From positions 1 to 64,000 of the IMG/VR virus record IMGVR_UViG_3300048924_000619: a stretch of DNA of 64,000 bases. One strand, given 5' to 3'. The stretch's first letter is position 1. Every line of letters starts with the position of its first letter. The notes beneath the pieces were generated by a model, which was not told the origin of the DNA, did not search any database, and was given only the letters and a program-made list of their open reading frames with translations. Below are positions 38,201 through 47,316 of this stretch, piece after piece. Origin of the DNA: a virus. A program made the position numbers and the translations under genes.

Positions 38201-38752
38201 ATGTTCCCTGTGCTGCCGATCTGGCTCGCGCTGCTGTTATCCGCCCTATTCATCCCCCTGTTCAGCTTCTCCGACCGCGAAGTCGGCGACGGCAAAGAGG
38301 GACTCGTCTCACGCGTCCCGGCCATGGACATCGCCATCATCGGCGGCGGCATCCTCGGCGTCCTGGCATTCGGGCCGTCATTCGTCGCGGTAGGCGCGCT
38401 CTGGGCCGCAAGCCGGTCGATCGGCTTTGGTGACGGGGACCTCGACCCATCGACCCTCAAGGACGCGCTCCAGTGCGCCAAGCGCTACGTGATCTGGCTT
38501 CCTCTGTCGCTGCAGGCGTATTGGCGCGGCGACGACTGGCGGTTGCTCGCTGGGCCCCTGGCCGTGGCGATTGTGCTGATCATGCTCATGCGCCTGCACT
38601 TCGGCGCGATGACCCGCATGGCCCGGGCCGGCGGCTATGCACTGGTGGGCGACGAGAACGCCATCATCGAGAGGGTCGGCGGCGGCGTGTTTGGCGCCGC
38701 GCTCTTCGCCTACGGCCTGCTGAGGTCGGGCTTGCTGCACCTTCCAGGGTAG
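38201..38752 (+). CDS. Multi-pass membrane protein
   Basis: Four to five hydrophobic segments. Confidence 0.65.
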   Translation: MFPVLPIWLALLLSALFIPLFSFSDREVGDGKEGLVSRVPAMDIAIIGGGILGVLAFGPSFVAVGALWAASRSIGFGDGDLDPSTLKDALQCAKRYVIWLPLSLQAYWRGDDWRLLAGPLAVAIVLIMLMRLHFGAMTRMARAGGYALVGDENAIIERVGGGVFGAALFAYGLLRSGLLHLPG

Positions 38753-38816
38753 CGCGGGAACCTCCGGGTATACGGGGGACATGGGGTTGAGACGGCCGCT
38801 GGGGGGAGGGTAGCTT
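38753..38816 (+). promoter_or_regulatory. Sigma70-like promoter of RNA island with upstream 10-bp repeats
   Basis: TTGAGA(38787)-N18-TAGCTT(38811); CGCGGGAACC/TCCGGGTATA/CGGGGGACAT. Confidence 0.65.
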
Positions 38817-38822
38817 CCTCTC

Positions 38823-38899
<77 letters not shown>

Positions 38900-38929
38900 A
38901 TTCGCCCTTTCAGGGCATCCGAGATGCGG

Positions 38930-39294
38930 ACCACGCTCGAATAGGTGGCAATCCCTCCGGGGCCTGCGGACCGAAAGACTGGCGAGCATGGCGCTAAAGG
39001 CAAGCTTCTGGCCCGCGCCGGCTGAAAGGCCGGCAACAAGATCCCGTGCGAACGGGGCGCGCTTGATGGGAGGCCCGCGGAAGGGCCGAACGTAGCACCC
39101 CTAGTAGGCCGGCCCCGAGGCGGTTCGGGTGCCCGTTGGCGCCGGCGGTTACGGCGTCAGAGGCCCAATGGGCCGCAGTTGGTGGAAGCCCGGCGCCAGT
39201 TTCGCCCCTTCGGGGCGTCCGATGCGTCTTGTTGCAGGTGCAAGAGCCGGCTGCGGTTGCCCGACGGGGCCACCTAGCGAGTGCCGGACGTGGT
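38930..39294 (+). ncRNA. Unidentified ~365-nt multi-helix structured RNA
   Basis: Nested long-range helices plus GNRA/UUCG-type hairpins (see findings). Confidence 0.65.
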
Positions 39295-39344
39295 TGGTGG
39301 TTTGGTCGCCCTAGGCGGCCTCGTCCGCCAGCGATCAAAACCTG

Positions 39345-39674
39345 AGGGGTTAATGGGCGGTCACCGACGGGAGACCGCCCAAGACTTCCAAATGAGAATT
39401 CGCCCTTGCAGGGCACACAAGCTTTGGTTCGGACCCGGGTGCAATTCCCGGCGGCTCCACCCAAGCCCATCGACCGCCGCGAGAGCGGGCGGCGCCCGGA
39501 GCGAAGGGGCGTTGATGCTAACGGGACGATGGGCTTCGGGGGGCCGATCAGGATCGACGAGCCAGGGGCGCGGTGAAAGCCGCATTTGATAACTCTGAAC
39601 GACAACTATCCCATCGCTCAGGCCATCGCGGCCTAGCAGGAGCCCGGCGGGGGCTTGGCAACAGAACCCCGCCA
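39345..39674 (+). ncRNA. ssrA: Circularly permuted (two-piece) tmRNA
   Basis: Acceptor piece ends GGACCCGGGTGCAATTCCCGGCGGCTCCA (39459); coding piece starts GGGGCCGATCAGGATCGAC (39540); G3.U70; tag LNDNYPIAQAIAA* 39595-39636; GGCAACAGAA 3' motif; 5' boundary approximate. Confidence 0.92.
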
Positions 39675-39774
39675 CCCAGAGGCCTAGGCGGGCCAACCGA
39701 TCACCGAAAGGGACCACGGCGGCGCCGATCGTGGCGACTCCCCCGGCCGGTTGGTTCGACCCTAGGCCTCTGGG
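39675..39774 (+). ncRNA. 100-nt rod-like RNA closed by a 14-bp perfect stem
   Basis: CCCAGAGGCCTAGG/CCTAGGCCTCTGGG then CGGGCCAACCG/CGGTTGGTTCG. Confidence 0.5.
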
Positions 39775-40520
39775 CCAACGAGAAGACCGACAGCGCGCCA
39801 GCGTACCAGTCTTAGTAAATGGGTGAATCTGGTGGGAGCCTGACCGCTCCCGTTCCTGAGGGCTGGGGGGGAAGCGATTGATCGTCGCTGATACCGAAGC
39901 TCAAGGGCGACAAGATCAGGTTGGCTAGCCCGAACGCGCCGCAGCACCGCCGGCGCCAGTACGGAGGTCCCGGACCGGTTGCGCGTGCTGGCGCAGCCGC
40001 GGAATCCCCGCCCATCGTGGCTTCGGCCTTGAACGTGGGAAAGTCACCCCGGCTGCGTTCCACGCGGTCGGGCAGGCCCTTCCGGGGGATCCTGATGACC
40101 GGGGCATGAATTCGCCCGAACGGGCAACAGAGGTCTGTGCCGACAGACGGTCAGGGGCGGCCCCCGCGAGGTTTCGACTTCAGCGACGGGATCGTAAGTC
40201 CTTGGGCATCGGCCCGTGCGGTGTGCCGGCGGTTATCCGGTTGTCCGGGGGCAATTGACTGAACCCCCTCAACAAAGCTGTCAGGAGTTGCGCCCGAAGG
40301 GGCACACGAGTTGTCGGCGGGGAGGCGGTTAGCGCCGCTTCCAGCCAAGGTTGGCCAACCGGGTCAATGCTCTGCGCAGGGCGGCGACCTTAAGCGTGAA
40401 TGGCATCGCGGTTCGAGTCCGTGGCGCGCACATGGCAACCGCCGGCGAAACCATCTGGCGGCGGGGCATCCGAGCTATCGGAGTAGGGCCCCGCCGCTGG
40501 GGCAGACTTCCCCCGCCCCT
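39775..40520 (+). ncRNA. Further structured noncoding RNA(s), including a T-loop element
   Basis: GCGCAGCCG/CGGCTGCGT, GTCTGT/ACAGAC, CCCCCG/CGGGGG, CGCGG-TTCGAGT-CCGTG (40407), GCGGCGGGG/CCCCGCCGC; no credible ORF. Confidence 0.5.
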
Positions 40521-40529
40521 CCCAATTCG

Positions 40530-40552
40530 GTCGTGACGCCAGTATCGGCGCA
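40530..40552 (+). promoter_or_regulatory. Late promoter, leaderless start at portal ATG
   Basis: GTCGTGAC-gcc-A-gta-T-N6-ATG. Confidence 0.75.
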
Positions 40553-42297
40553 TGGCCGACAATCCCGCCGCCGTTGCGACAGATCCGAACGCGCCCGCGT
40601 CGGAGCGCCACGACGCGCAGGCTGAGTTCCAGAAGTCGCACGGCACGGCCGGGATCGCGTCCGAGCTGTTTCCATCCGCGGCGATGGAGCCGGTCATTGC
40701 CCGGATCCAAGAGGTTCTGTTCGAGCAGGATCTCAACAAGGCCGCGCAGGGAAACCTGATCGTCGGCCCCTGGAAGAACAAGCGGCCGCAAGACGGCGGC
40801 CAGTCCGTCTTCCTCGACAATTTCCAGATCCAGACGCAGGGCCCCTACTGGGATCGGCCTGGCGTCCTGGGCTTCGACGCCATGCGGTCGATGGTCGAGC
40901 AAACGCCGATCCTCAACAGCATCGTGCTCACGCGCATCCGCCAGGTCCGCCGCTTCTGCCGGCCGCGGATGGGCAACACGGGCCCCGGCTTCGTGATCGA
41001 ACACGTTGATCCGCAGGTCGAGCTCAACGACGACCAGCAAGCATCGATCCAACGCCTGACGCAGTTCGTGATCAACTCCGGTTGGGAAACGGACGCCAGG
41101 GCCCGCAAGCGCAAGAAGCGCGACCCGTTCGCGGCGATGATGGCGAAGCTCGTGCGCGACACGCTCACGATGGACGCCTGCCCGATCGAGACCGAGTTCA
41201 AGCGGTCGCGGAGCCTGGGCCTGGACGGTCTCTATGCGCTGGACGGCGCCACGATCCGCCTGTGCACCGAGGAGGGCTACAACGGTGACGACGAGTTCTT
41301 CGCCCTGCAGGTCATCCAGGGCAACATCCGGACCGCCTACACCTACGACGACCTGATCTATGAGGTGCGGAACCCGCGCACCGACGTGACCGCCTGCGGC
41401 TACGGCTACTCCGAGACGGAGATGCTGATCCGCATCGTCACCTACCTGCTGAACACGATGACGTTCAATGGGTCGTTCTTCGACAAGAACTCGATCCCGC
41501 GCGGCATCCTCAACGTCTACGGTCAGTTCACGAACGAAGACGTCGCGGCGTTCAAGCGCCAGTGGAACGCCATGGTTCGCGGGGTCCAGAACTCCCACAA
41601 CCTGCCCGTTCTGGTTTCCAAGGACCAGGAGTCCGGGACCAACTTCACCGAGGTCGGCGGCCAGCTCAACGAGATGGCCTTCGGGAAATGGCTCTCCTTC
41701 CTGACGTCGATCGCGTGCGCGATCTTCGGCGTCGCCCCCGAAGAAATCTCCATGGAGTCGTTTGCCACGACGAGCCGCGGGCTCGGCGGGAACGACACCG
41801 AGGAGAAGCTCGTCTCAGCGAACGACAAGGGCCTCGTGCCGCTGCTCAACTTCGTCGAGGACATCTACTCCGATTTCATCCTCCAGCCCTTCTCGCCGCA
41901 GTACCGGCTGACCTTCAAGGGCCTCGACGATGAGGACGAGGACAAGCGCTGGGAGCGTCAGAAGCTCTCGCTCACCTGGAACGAGGTGCGCGCGGTCGAC
42001 AGCATGGACCCGATCGATGGGCCGCTGGGCGACGCGCCCATGAACCCCACGCTGATCGGCATCTGGGCTCAGGAGTCCGGCGTCGGCCAGCCAGAAGAGC
42101 CGGAAGAGGACTTCGGCGACCCGGACGCCGCCGGCGCCGATGATGGCGTGCCCGCCAGCGGAGAGCTGGAGGCAGGCCCGCCCGAACAGCAGACAGAAGA
42201 CGCAGGCGCGCCGGATCTCGGTTCGCCTGCCGGCGGCGACGAAGTGGCCAAGGCCCTCGATTTCGGCCTGCCGATCTACGTCCTCGACCTGTCGTGA
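40552..42297 (+). CDS. Phage portal protein
   Basis: 'LVRDTLTMD..DGATIR..NPRTD..GYS.TE..FFDKNSIPRGIL..FKRQW..EM.F..W..IFGV.PEEI'. Confidence 0.9.
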   Translation: MADNPAAVATDPNAPASERHDAQAEFQKSHGTAGIASELFPSAAMEPVIARIQEVLFEQDLNKAAQGNLIVGPWKNKRPQDGGQSVFLDNFQIQTQGPYWDRPGVLGFDAMRSMVEQTPILNSIVLTRIRQVRRFCRPRMGNTGPGFVIEHVDPQVELNDDQQASIQRLTQFVINSGWETDARARKRKKRDPFAAMMAKLVRDTLTMDACPIETEFKRSRSLGLDGLYALDGATIRLCTEEGYNGDDEFFALQVIQGNIRTAYTYDDLIYEVRNPRTDVTACGYGYSETEMLIRIVTYLLNTMTFNGSFFDKNSIPRGILNVYGQFTNEDVAAFKRQWNAMVRGVQNSHNLPVLVSKDQESGTNFTEVGGQLNEMAFGKWLSFLTSIACAIFGVAPEEISMESFATTSRGLGGNDTEEKLVSANDKGLVPLLNFVEDIYSDFILQPFSPQYRLTFKGLDDEDEDKRWERQKLSLTWNEVRAVDSMDPIDGPLGDAPMNPTLIGIWAQESGVGQPEEPEEDFGDPDAAGADDGVPASGELEAGPPEQQTEDAGAPDLGSPAGGDEVAKALDFGLPIYVLDLS

Positions 42298-42330
42298 CGG
42301 GATAGTGGAGCTCTCATCCGAGGGGATCGC

Positions 42331-42612
42331 ATGGCTGTTTGGACGCCCGAAGGCCACGTCACGCTGAGTGCAACCTGGACCAAGCTTCTCGACGCGAACC
42401 CTCTGCGCCGCTTCCTCAAGTTTGCGCCGTCGACCTCCTTCTACGACGCCTACTGGACGACCGACGCGAGCGCCGCCGGCACGGCGAACGTCGAGGGCTT
42501 TCCCCTGACCGCGGGCGAAGATTTCGGCCTGCAGCCCGGCGTCTGCCCGACTGACGCGATCTACATGCGCAGTCCATCGGGCGAGGTCGTGACCTTCCGC
42601 GAGGGCTTCTAA
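42331..42612 (+). CDS. Small beta-rich virion protein (putative)
   Basis: Late promoter 42291, GAGG RBS; C-term 'VTFREGF' resembles 'FTFQEDF' at the end of the fibre protein. Confidence 0.65.
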   Translation: MAVWTPEGHVTLSATWTKLLDANPLRRFLKFAPSTSFYDAYWTTDASAAGTANVEGFPLTAGEDFGLQPGVCPTDAIYMRSPSGEVVTFREGF

Positions 42613-42615
42613 CCG

Positions 42616-45600
42616 GTGTCCAAGCTCCCTCCGTTCGGTCTTTTCCCGACCCCCATCCGGCTGCTCGGAAACAAGGTCGCAGCCGGCGCCGCAGCAAACA
42701 CGCGAGTCGGCCACCTGCTCTGCAGTGTGTCGGGCGTGGCGCTGACTGTTGTCTCGGGTCCGTTCTCGATCAGCGGTGGCGACCTCTATACCACCGGCGT
42801 CACGGGGGCTGCGGGGACCACGCAGACCGCTCGTATTCGCGCGACCGGCAGTCCGTTCATCGAGATCGATCAGGACTTCGTCATCTCGGCAGTGGGAGTC
42901 GCTGGTCCCCCCGACACGACGCCTGTCGCTTTTGATTTCGCCGACGTCTCGAACGCCGAGCTGTCCACCGACTATATCTACAGCTTCGTGGTCGCGGGCG
43001 TCGACGCGCCCTGTGCGGTCACGGCGACCGGGGCGGTTCAGGTCAAGATTAGTGGAGGAGCCTACGGGCAAGCTCCGGGAAATGCCGTCCTTGGCGATAC
43101 GATCACCGTCAAGGTTACTTCGTCGAATAGTTATTCCACGCCGGTAAGTGGTTCGTACACAGTCGGAACGCTAACCGATAGTGTCACGATTACGACGAAA
43201 CTGTCGAGCACGTCAGTCTATGGCGTCGAAATCGGTGCTACAGGAACCGGCCTCTACGCCGGAATGGCGCTCGATGTCGGCAGTGAATTCACCCAAATGC
43301 CGCAGCGGTGGCACCCGTCGAAGAACCCGGATGGGTTCTTCAAGAGCGGTCCGCTTTACACCTCAACTCTCGGCTTTCCGAGCCCGTGGTGCGCCGCCAT
43401 CGACCCCTATTGGTTGGGCGCGCGCTCTGAGGTCCCGGACGGCTTCGGTCTCGACGCCGTCACGCTGATCCCAGGCGGCGGCGCGAACCTGAACATGCGC
43501 GTGCCTGACGCCGCGCTGGTTCCCACCCTCCCGACGGTTTTCACCGGCGCCGGCGGCAAGCCCAACCTCTTGGCTGCGCAACTCTACTCGGCGCCTGGAT
43601 ACCTGATCTCGGCCAAGGGCGACTTCATCGTCGAGGCGATCATCCAGACGCCGGCGGGCAACCTCCTGGGGATGTGGTCCTCGTTTTGGACCTCGGGCCA
43701 GTTCTGGCCGAACGAGGCCGAGATCGACGTTCCGGAGTTCTTCAAGGCCCTGGCGATCGATACCGGGCCTGGCTCGTCGTCGCGCGCCGATGGCCAGACC
43801 TACATCCGGTACAACTCGATCACCAACGGGTCCGACGGCGGCGGCGCGGGCTCGGAAACACCGGCCTTCCTCGATATCTCGGACAGCCGACCCTACTGGT
43901 TTATGGCCAAGAAGACGTCGACCGGGGTCGCCTTCTACGACGACTTCGATGTTCAAGGGACGCTTGCCCTTCGCGGAACCGCCGTCAACAACATCAACCG
44001 GTACTCCGGTGCGCACGATATCCGCATCGGTATGGGCGCGGCGCCGTATGGCGCGTCCGGAGCGGCGACGCGGACCTTCGACGCTTCGCAATGGGCGGGC
44101 GGCAAGGATCATAAGATCCTCATGTTCCGCGCCTGGACGCCTGCCAGCCGGCCGCGCAACTTCCCGACCGTCGATCTGGGCACGGTGAACGTCGCGCCTG
44201 GCCAAACGGGCGTGACATTCCAGGTTCCCGCCGCAGCGACGCTGTGGGCCGGCAAGGTGCTGCCGAACCTCGAGGAGGTCATTGGCGGCTTCTATTCCTA
44301 CGACAGCCCCGGCGCGCCGACACGCAACGGCACGACCAAGCTTCCCGGCGGGATGACCTATAGCGCGACGACGCGTCAGATCACTTGGGATGTCCCGTCG
44401 ACCGAGGGCGGAACGGTCTGCGCTTACATCGTCGGGTCCTACACCGCCGGCGGCGCAGCGACGCGCGCCCGGGTCACTTTCAAGGTTGCGCCTGCGAAGC
44501 AGGGGACCTTCCCGTCGGTGATCGGGATGAACTCGGGGTCAGTCCTGAACCAGGCGGTCGCGTACACGGACTTCCACTCCGGCGACCTCACCCACTCCTA
44601 CCAGAGCGTCAGCGCCGACCAGTCCTGGGTCACGGTGACGATGGGGGCGAACAACCGCTCCTTCACCCTCACCGGGACAGCACCGGGGGTTGATCAAATC
44701 GTGACGGTATCAGGACAGGCGATTAACGGCGCGGGCCAAGTCACGCCGTTCACGACGACAATCAACGTCTCTTCGGCCTGGAGTTCGTCGGCTTGGTCGG
44801 CGCTGAAGCACGACTGGGATTTCACCGACACGACCAAGGTCTACTCGAACACCACGGGTAGCACGCTCGCCGATCCGACGGCGGGGACCGTCGCGATTGC
44901 GATGGTGAAAGACAAGAAGGGCACTGCGGACCTTACGAATGCCACGGCGAGCACGCGGCCGGTCTACATGAACATCGGCGGCATCCCGATGGCCAAGTTC
45001 ACCAAGGCCACGCCGACCCATCTCGACAGCGCCAACGCCGCGATCTCCTCGGAGTTCGGCGGCGTGAACAAGCCCTTCACCGTGGTCATGGCGGTCAAGC
45101 GCGGAACGGCCGGCGTCAGCGTGCGGCCTATGTCGCTCCAGGTCTCCGCGAACTCCTCGCCCGTGGCGGTCCTATACGGCAGCTCCAACTCCTTCGGCTA
45201 CCAGCGGAACGACGGCACGAACAACCGCACAATCGCCAGTGCGGGCGGCGTCGCGGCGGTCGATGAAATCCACGTCTGGACGCTCTGCTTCGACGGGACC
45301 AACCTCACGCTCCGGAAGGATGGCGTCGAGATCTTGGCGCCGACGCTCGTCAATGCGCCGCTCTCGATTGCGCTTGTCGGGATCTGCCTGGGGACCCTTC
45401 GGTCCAACGCGACGACCTGGGATACCGCCCTGGCCTTCGACGGGGCGATCGGCCGCGTCTTCGTGTCGACGGACACCTCGATCTCGACCGACGTGGTCCA
45501 GGCCGAAAACCTGCTCATGGCGCAGTTCGGCCTGGGCGGCACGCCGCCGGTCACGGTCACGGACAACACCCCGGTCATCACCGGGACCGTTGGAGCCAAC

Positions 45601-47316
45601 TACATCAGCTCCACCCCCGTCGCTTCGGGCGGCATCGGTCCATACACCTGGGACCTCGACCTCACTCTGGGGGGCCCGATCCCGGACGGGTCCACGATGG
45701 ATCCCGCGACGGGCATCATCAGCGGTGTCCTGACGACCGCGGCGACCTACGCGAACATCATCCGCCGCGCCACCGACAGTAGCCCGACGGCGAAGCAAGG
45801 GAGCGCGCCGGCGTTCACTGTCACCGTCGCTGCGGCGAGCTGGACTCCGGCAGCCTGGACGGCGCTCAAGCACGTCTACGACCCTTCCGATGCGACGGCG
45901 GTCTTCACCGACACCGCCGGCACGACCGCGGCCAGCCCGACGGCCGGGACCGACAAGGTCGCGCTGCTGAAGGACAAGAAGGGGACCGCGGACCTCTCCA
46001 ACGCGACCTCGACAACCCGGCCGGTCTATCAGCTGCTCAACGGCGTCCCGATGGTGAAATACACCAAGGCGACCCCGACGCACCTGGACAGCACCGCTTC
46101 GAACTGGGCGACCGAAATCGCCGGGACAAACACCCCGTACGCGATCGTCATGGCCGTTAAGCGCGGAACCTCCGGGGTCAGCGTCCGACCGCTCGCATGG
46201 TCGACCTCGGCCGGAAGCACGCCGATCCAGCATGTCATCGGTTCCAGCGGTGGCTTCGGCTGCCAGCGGAACGACGGCACGACCCGCACAGTCACGACGA
46301 GTTTCGGCGAGGCAAACCTCGACGAACTCCACATCTGGACGTTCATCTACGACGGCACGAACTACATCATCCGCAAGGATGGGGTGGCTGTTGCTGAAAG
46401 CCCTCTGGCGGCGCTGACGACGGCGGCGATCACCATCGCCAACTTCACCGTCGGCACGACCAAGAGCGCCGCCGCGACCTGGGATACGGCCTTCGCCTTT
46501 GATGGCGCCTTCGGGGCTATCTACTTCTCGACCGACACGACGGTGACCTCGGACATCGTCAACGCCGAGAAATACCTGATGGCGCGCCACGGGATCACGG
46601 TCGTGACCCCGACCGAGCTGGTCCCGGGCGCCGCGGTCCACGCAACGGCGGCGAACGCCAACGTCGACGTTCTTCCGAGCGCCTCGATCGTCGCCGGCGC
46701 GCTGGAGCAGTTGATCGTTCGCACTCCCAATCAGCCGATCGCAACACCTTCAGGTTGGACCCTCAAGGCCGCCATCGACAACCGCGGCACCCCCGGAGCT
46801 GCGGGGTCGGTCGCGGAGCAGCTGTTCGTGAAGTTCAGCACCGGCTCCGCCGCGGCTCTGACGATCACCGGCACCTACAACAACCTGACGGCGCGGCGCT
46901 ATGCGACCCTCGGAGTTGATCCCACCAATCCGATCGTCGGGATCTCGGCCAGCATCTCCGGAGACCCCATCAGCGGCGCGTCCGTCGCAACGACGGCGGT
47001 CACGGCCCCGGGGACCACGACACCGTCGGACCATTGCTTGGTCCGCACCTTCGTGGGTCTCGCTCTCGATGCGACGGCGGCGGGTCAATCGGGCTTCACG
47101 AACAGCAGCCTGTCGAACGTCCAGACGGCGGTCTCCTATGGGACCCAGATCGGCGTCGGCGGCGTGATCGCGACCAACATCGGCGAGAAGTCGGTGGCTG
47201 GGCACGTCAACCCCTGGGCCGGCGCCTTCACCAGCTCGAAGCAGGTGGCGATCACCTACGCGCTCACGCCTTCGCCGACGGCGGCTGACGTCTTCACCTT
47301 CCAAGAGGATTTCTGA
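42616..47316 (+). CDS. Large fibre/adhesin-like virion protein: GH16-like domain, Ig-like domains, duplicated LamG/ConA-like domains
   Basis: 'GMWSSFW..WP..AEIDVPE' GH16 motif; 'GGIGPYTW..PDGSTMDPATGIISG' Ig; ~250-aa internal duplication; Thr/Ser/Ala/Gly-rich. Confidence 0.75.
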   Translation: MSKLPPFGLFPTPIRLLGNKVAAGAAANTRVGHLLCSVSGVALTVVSGPFSISGGDLYTTGVTGAAGTTQTARIRATGSPFIEIDQDFVISAVGVAGPPDTTPVAFDFADVSNAELSTDYIYSFVVAGVDAPCAVTATGAVQVKISGGAYGQAPGNAVLGDTITVKVTSSNSYSTPVSGSYTVGTLTDSVTITTKLSSTSVYGVEIGATGTGLYAGMALDVGSEFTQMPQRWHPSKNPDGFFKSGPLYTSTLGFPSPWCAAIDPYWLGARSEVPDGFGLDAVTLIPGGGANLNMRVPDAALVPTLPTVFTGAGGKPNLLAAQLYSAPGYLISAKGDFIVEAIIQTPAGNLLGMWSSFWTSGQFWPNEAEIDVPEFFKALAIDTGPGSSSRADGQTYIRYNSITNGSDGGGAGSETPAFLDISDSRPYWFMAKKTSTGVAFYDDFDVQGTLALRGTAVNNINRYSGAHDIRIGMGAAPYGASGAATRTFDASQWAGGKDHKILMFRAWTPASRPRNFPTVDLGTVNVAPGQTGVTFQVPAAATLWAGKVLPNLEEVIGGFYSYDSPGAPTRNGTTKLPGGMTYSATTRQITWDVPSTEGGTVCAYIVGSYTAGGAATRARVTFKVAPAKQGTFPSVIGMNSGSVLNQAVAYTDFHSGDLTHSYQSVSADQSWVTVTMGANNRSFTLTGTAPGVDQIVTVSGQAINGAGQVTPFTTTINVSSAWSSSAWSALKHDWDFTDTTKVYSNTTGSTLADPTAGTVAIAMVKDKKGTADLTNATASTRPVYMNIGGIPMAKFTKATPTHLDSANAAISSEFGGVNKPFTVVMAVKRGTAGVSVRPMSLQVSANSSPVAVLYGSSNSFGYQRNDGTNNRTIASAGGVAAVDEIHVWTLCFDGTNLTLRKDGVEILAPTLVNAPLSIALVGICLGTLRSNATTWDTALAFDGAIGRVFVSTDTSISTDVVQAENLLMAQFGLGGTPPVTVTDNTPVITGTVGANYISSTPVASGGIGPYTWDLDLTLGGPIPDGSTMDPATGIISGVLTTAATYANIIRRATDSSPTAKQGSAPAFTVTVAAASWTPAAWTALKHVYDPSDATAVFTDTAGTTAASPTAGTDKVALLKDKKGTADLSNATSTTRPVYQLLNGVPMVKYTKATPTHLDSTASNWATEIAGTNTPYAIVMAVKRGTSGVSVRPLAWSTSAGSTPIQHVIGSSGGFGCQRNDGTTRTVTTSFGEANLDELHIWTFIYDGTNYIIRKDGVAVAESPLAALTTAAITIANFTVGTTKSAAATWDTAFAFDGAFGAIYFSTDTTVTSDIVNAEKYLMARHGITVVTPTELVPGAAVHATAANANVDVLPSASIVAGALEQLIVRTPNQPIATPSGWTLKAAIDNRGTPGAAGSVAEQLFVKFSTGSAAALTITGTYNNLTARRYATLGVDPTNPIVGISASISGDPISGASVATTAVTAPGTTTPSDHCLVRTFVGLALDATAAGQSGFTNSSLSNVQTAVSYGTQIGVGGVIATNIGEKSVAGHVNPWAGAFTSSKQVAITYALTPSPTAADVFTFQEDF
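44776..46593 (+). repeat. Internal domain duplication (44776-45534 vs 45838-46593)
   Basis: Shared 'KDKKGTADL.NAT..TRPVY', 'TKATPTHLDS', 'VMAVKRGT.GVSVRP', 'TWDTA.AFDGA.G'. Confidence 0.9.

Noticed and set aside
39430-39460. tmRNA/tRNA 3' end as prophage att site
   Set aside because: Lies between terminase and portal, and no duplicate was seen near the integrase; attL is probably outside the window
40092-40150. CTGATGA suggesting a hammerhead ribozyme
   Set aside because: Required GAAA reads GCAA/GAAC, the cleavage triplet would end in G, and no stem I partner was found
38994-40348. Short ORFs predicted across the RNA island
   Set aside because: Low-complexity Arg/Pro/Gly translations that overlap clear RNA genes and helices
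42586-42593. GTCGTGAC copies inside coding regions (42586, 46600, 46291 minus)
   Set aside because: Lack the A-N3-T element; explained by Val-Val-Thr or Val-Thr-Thr codons
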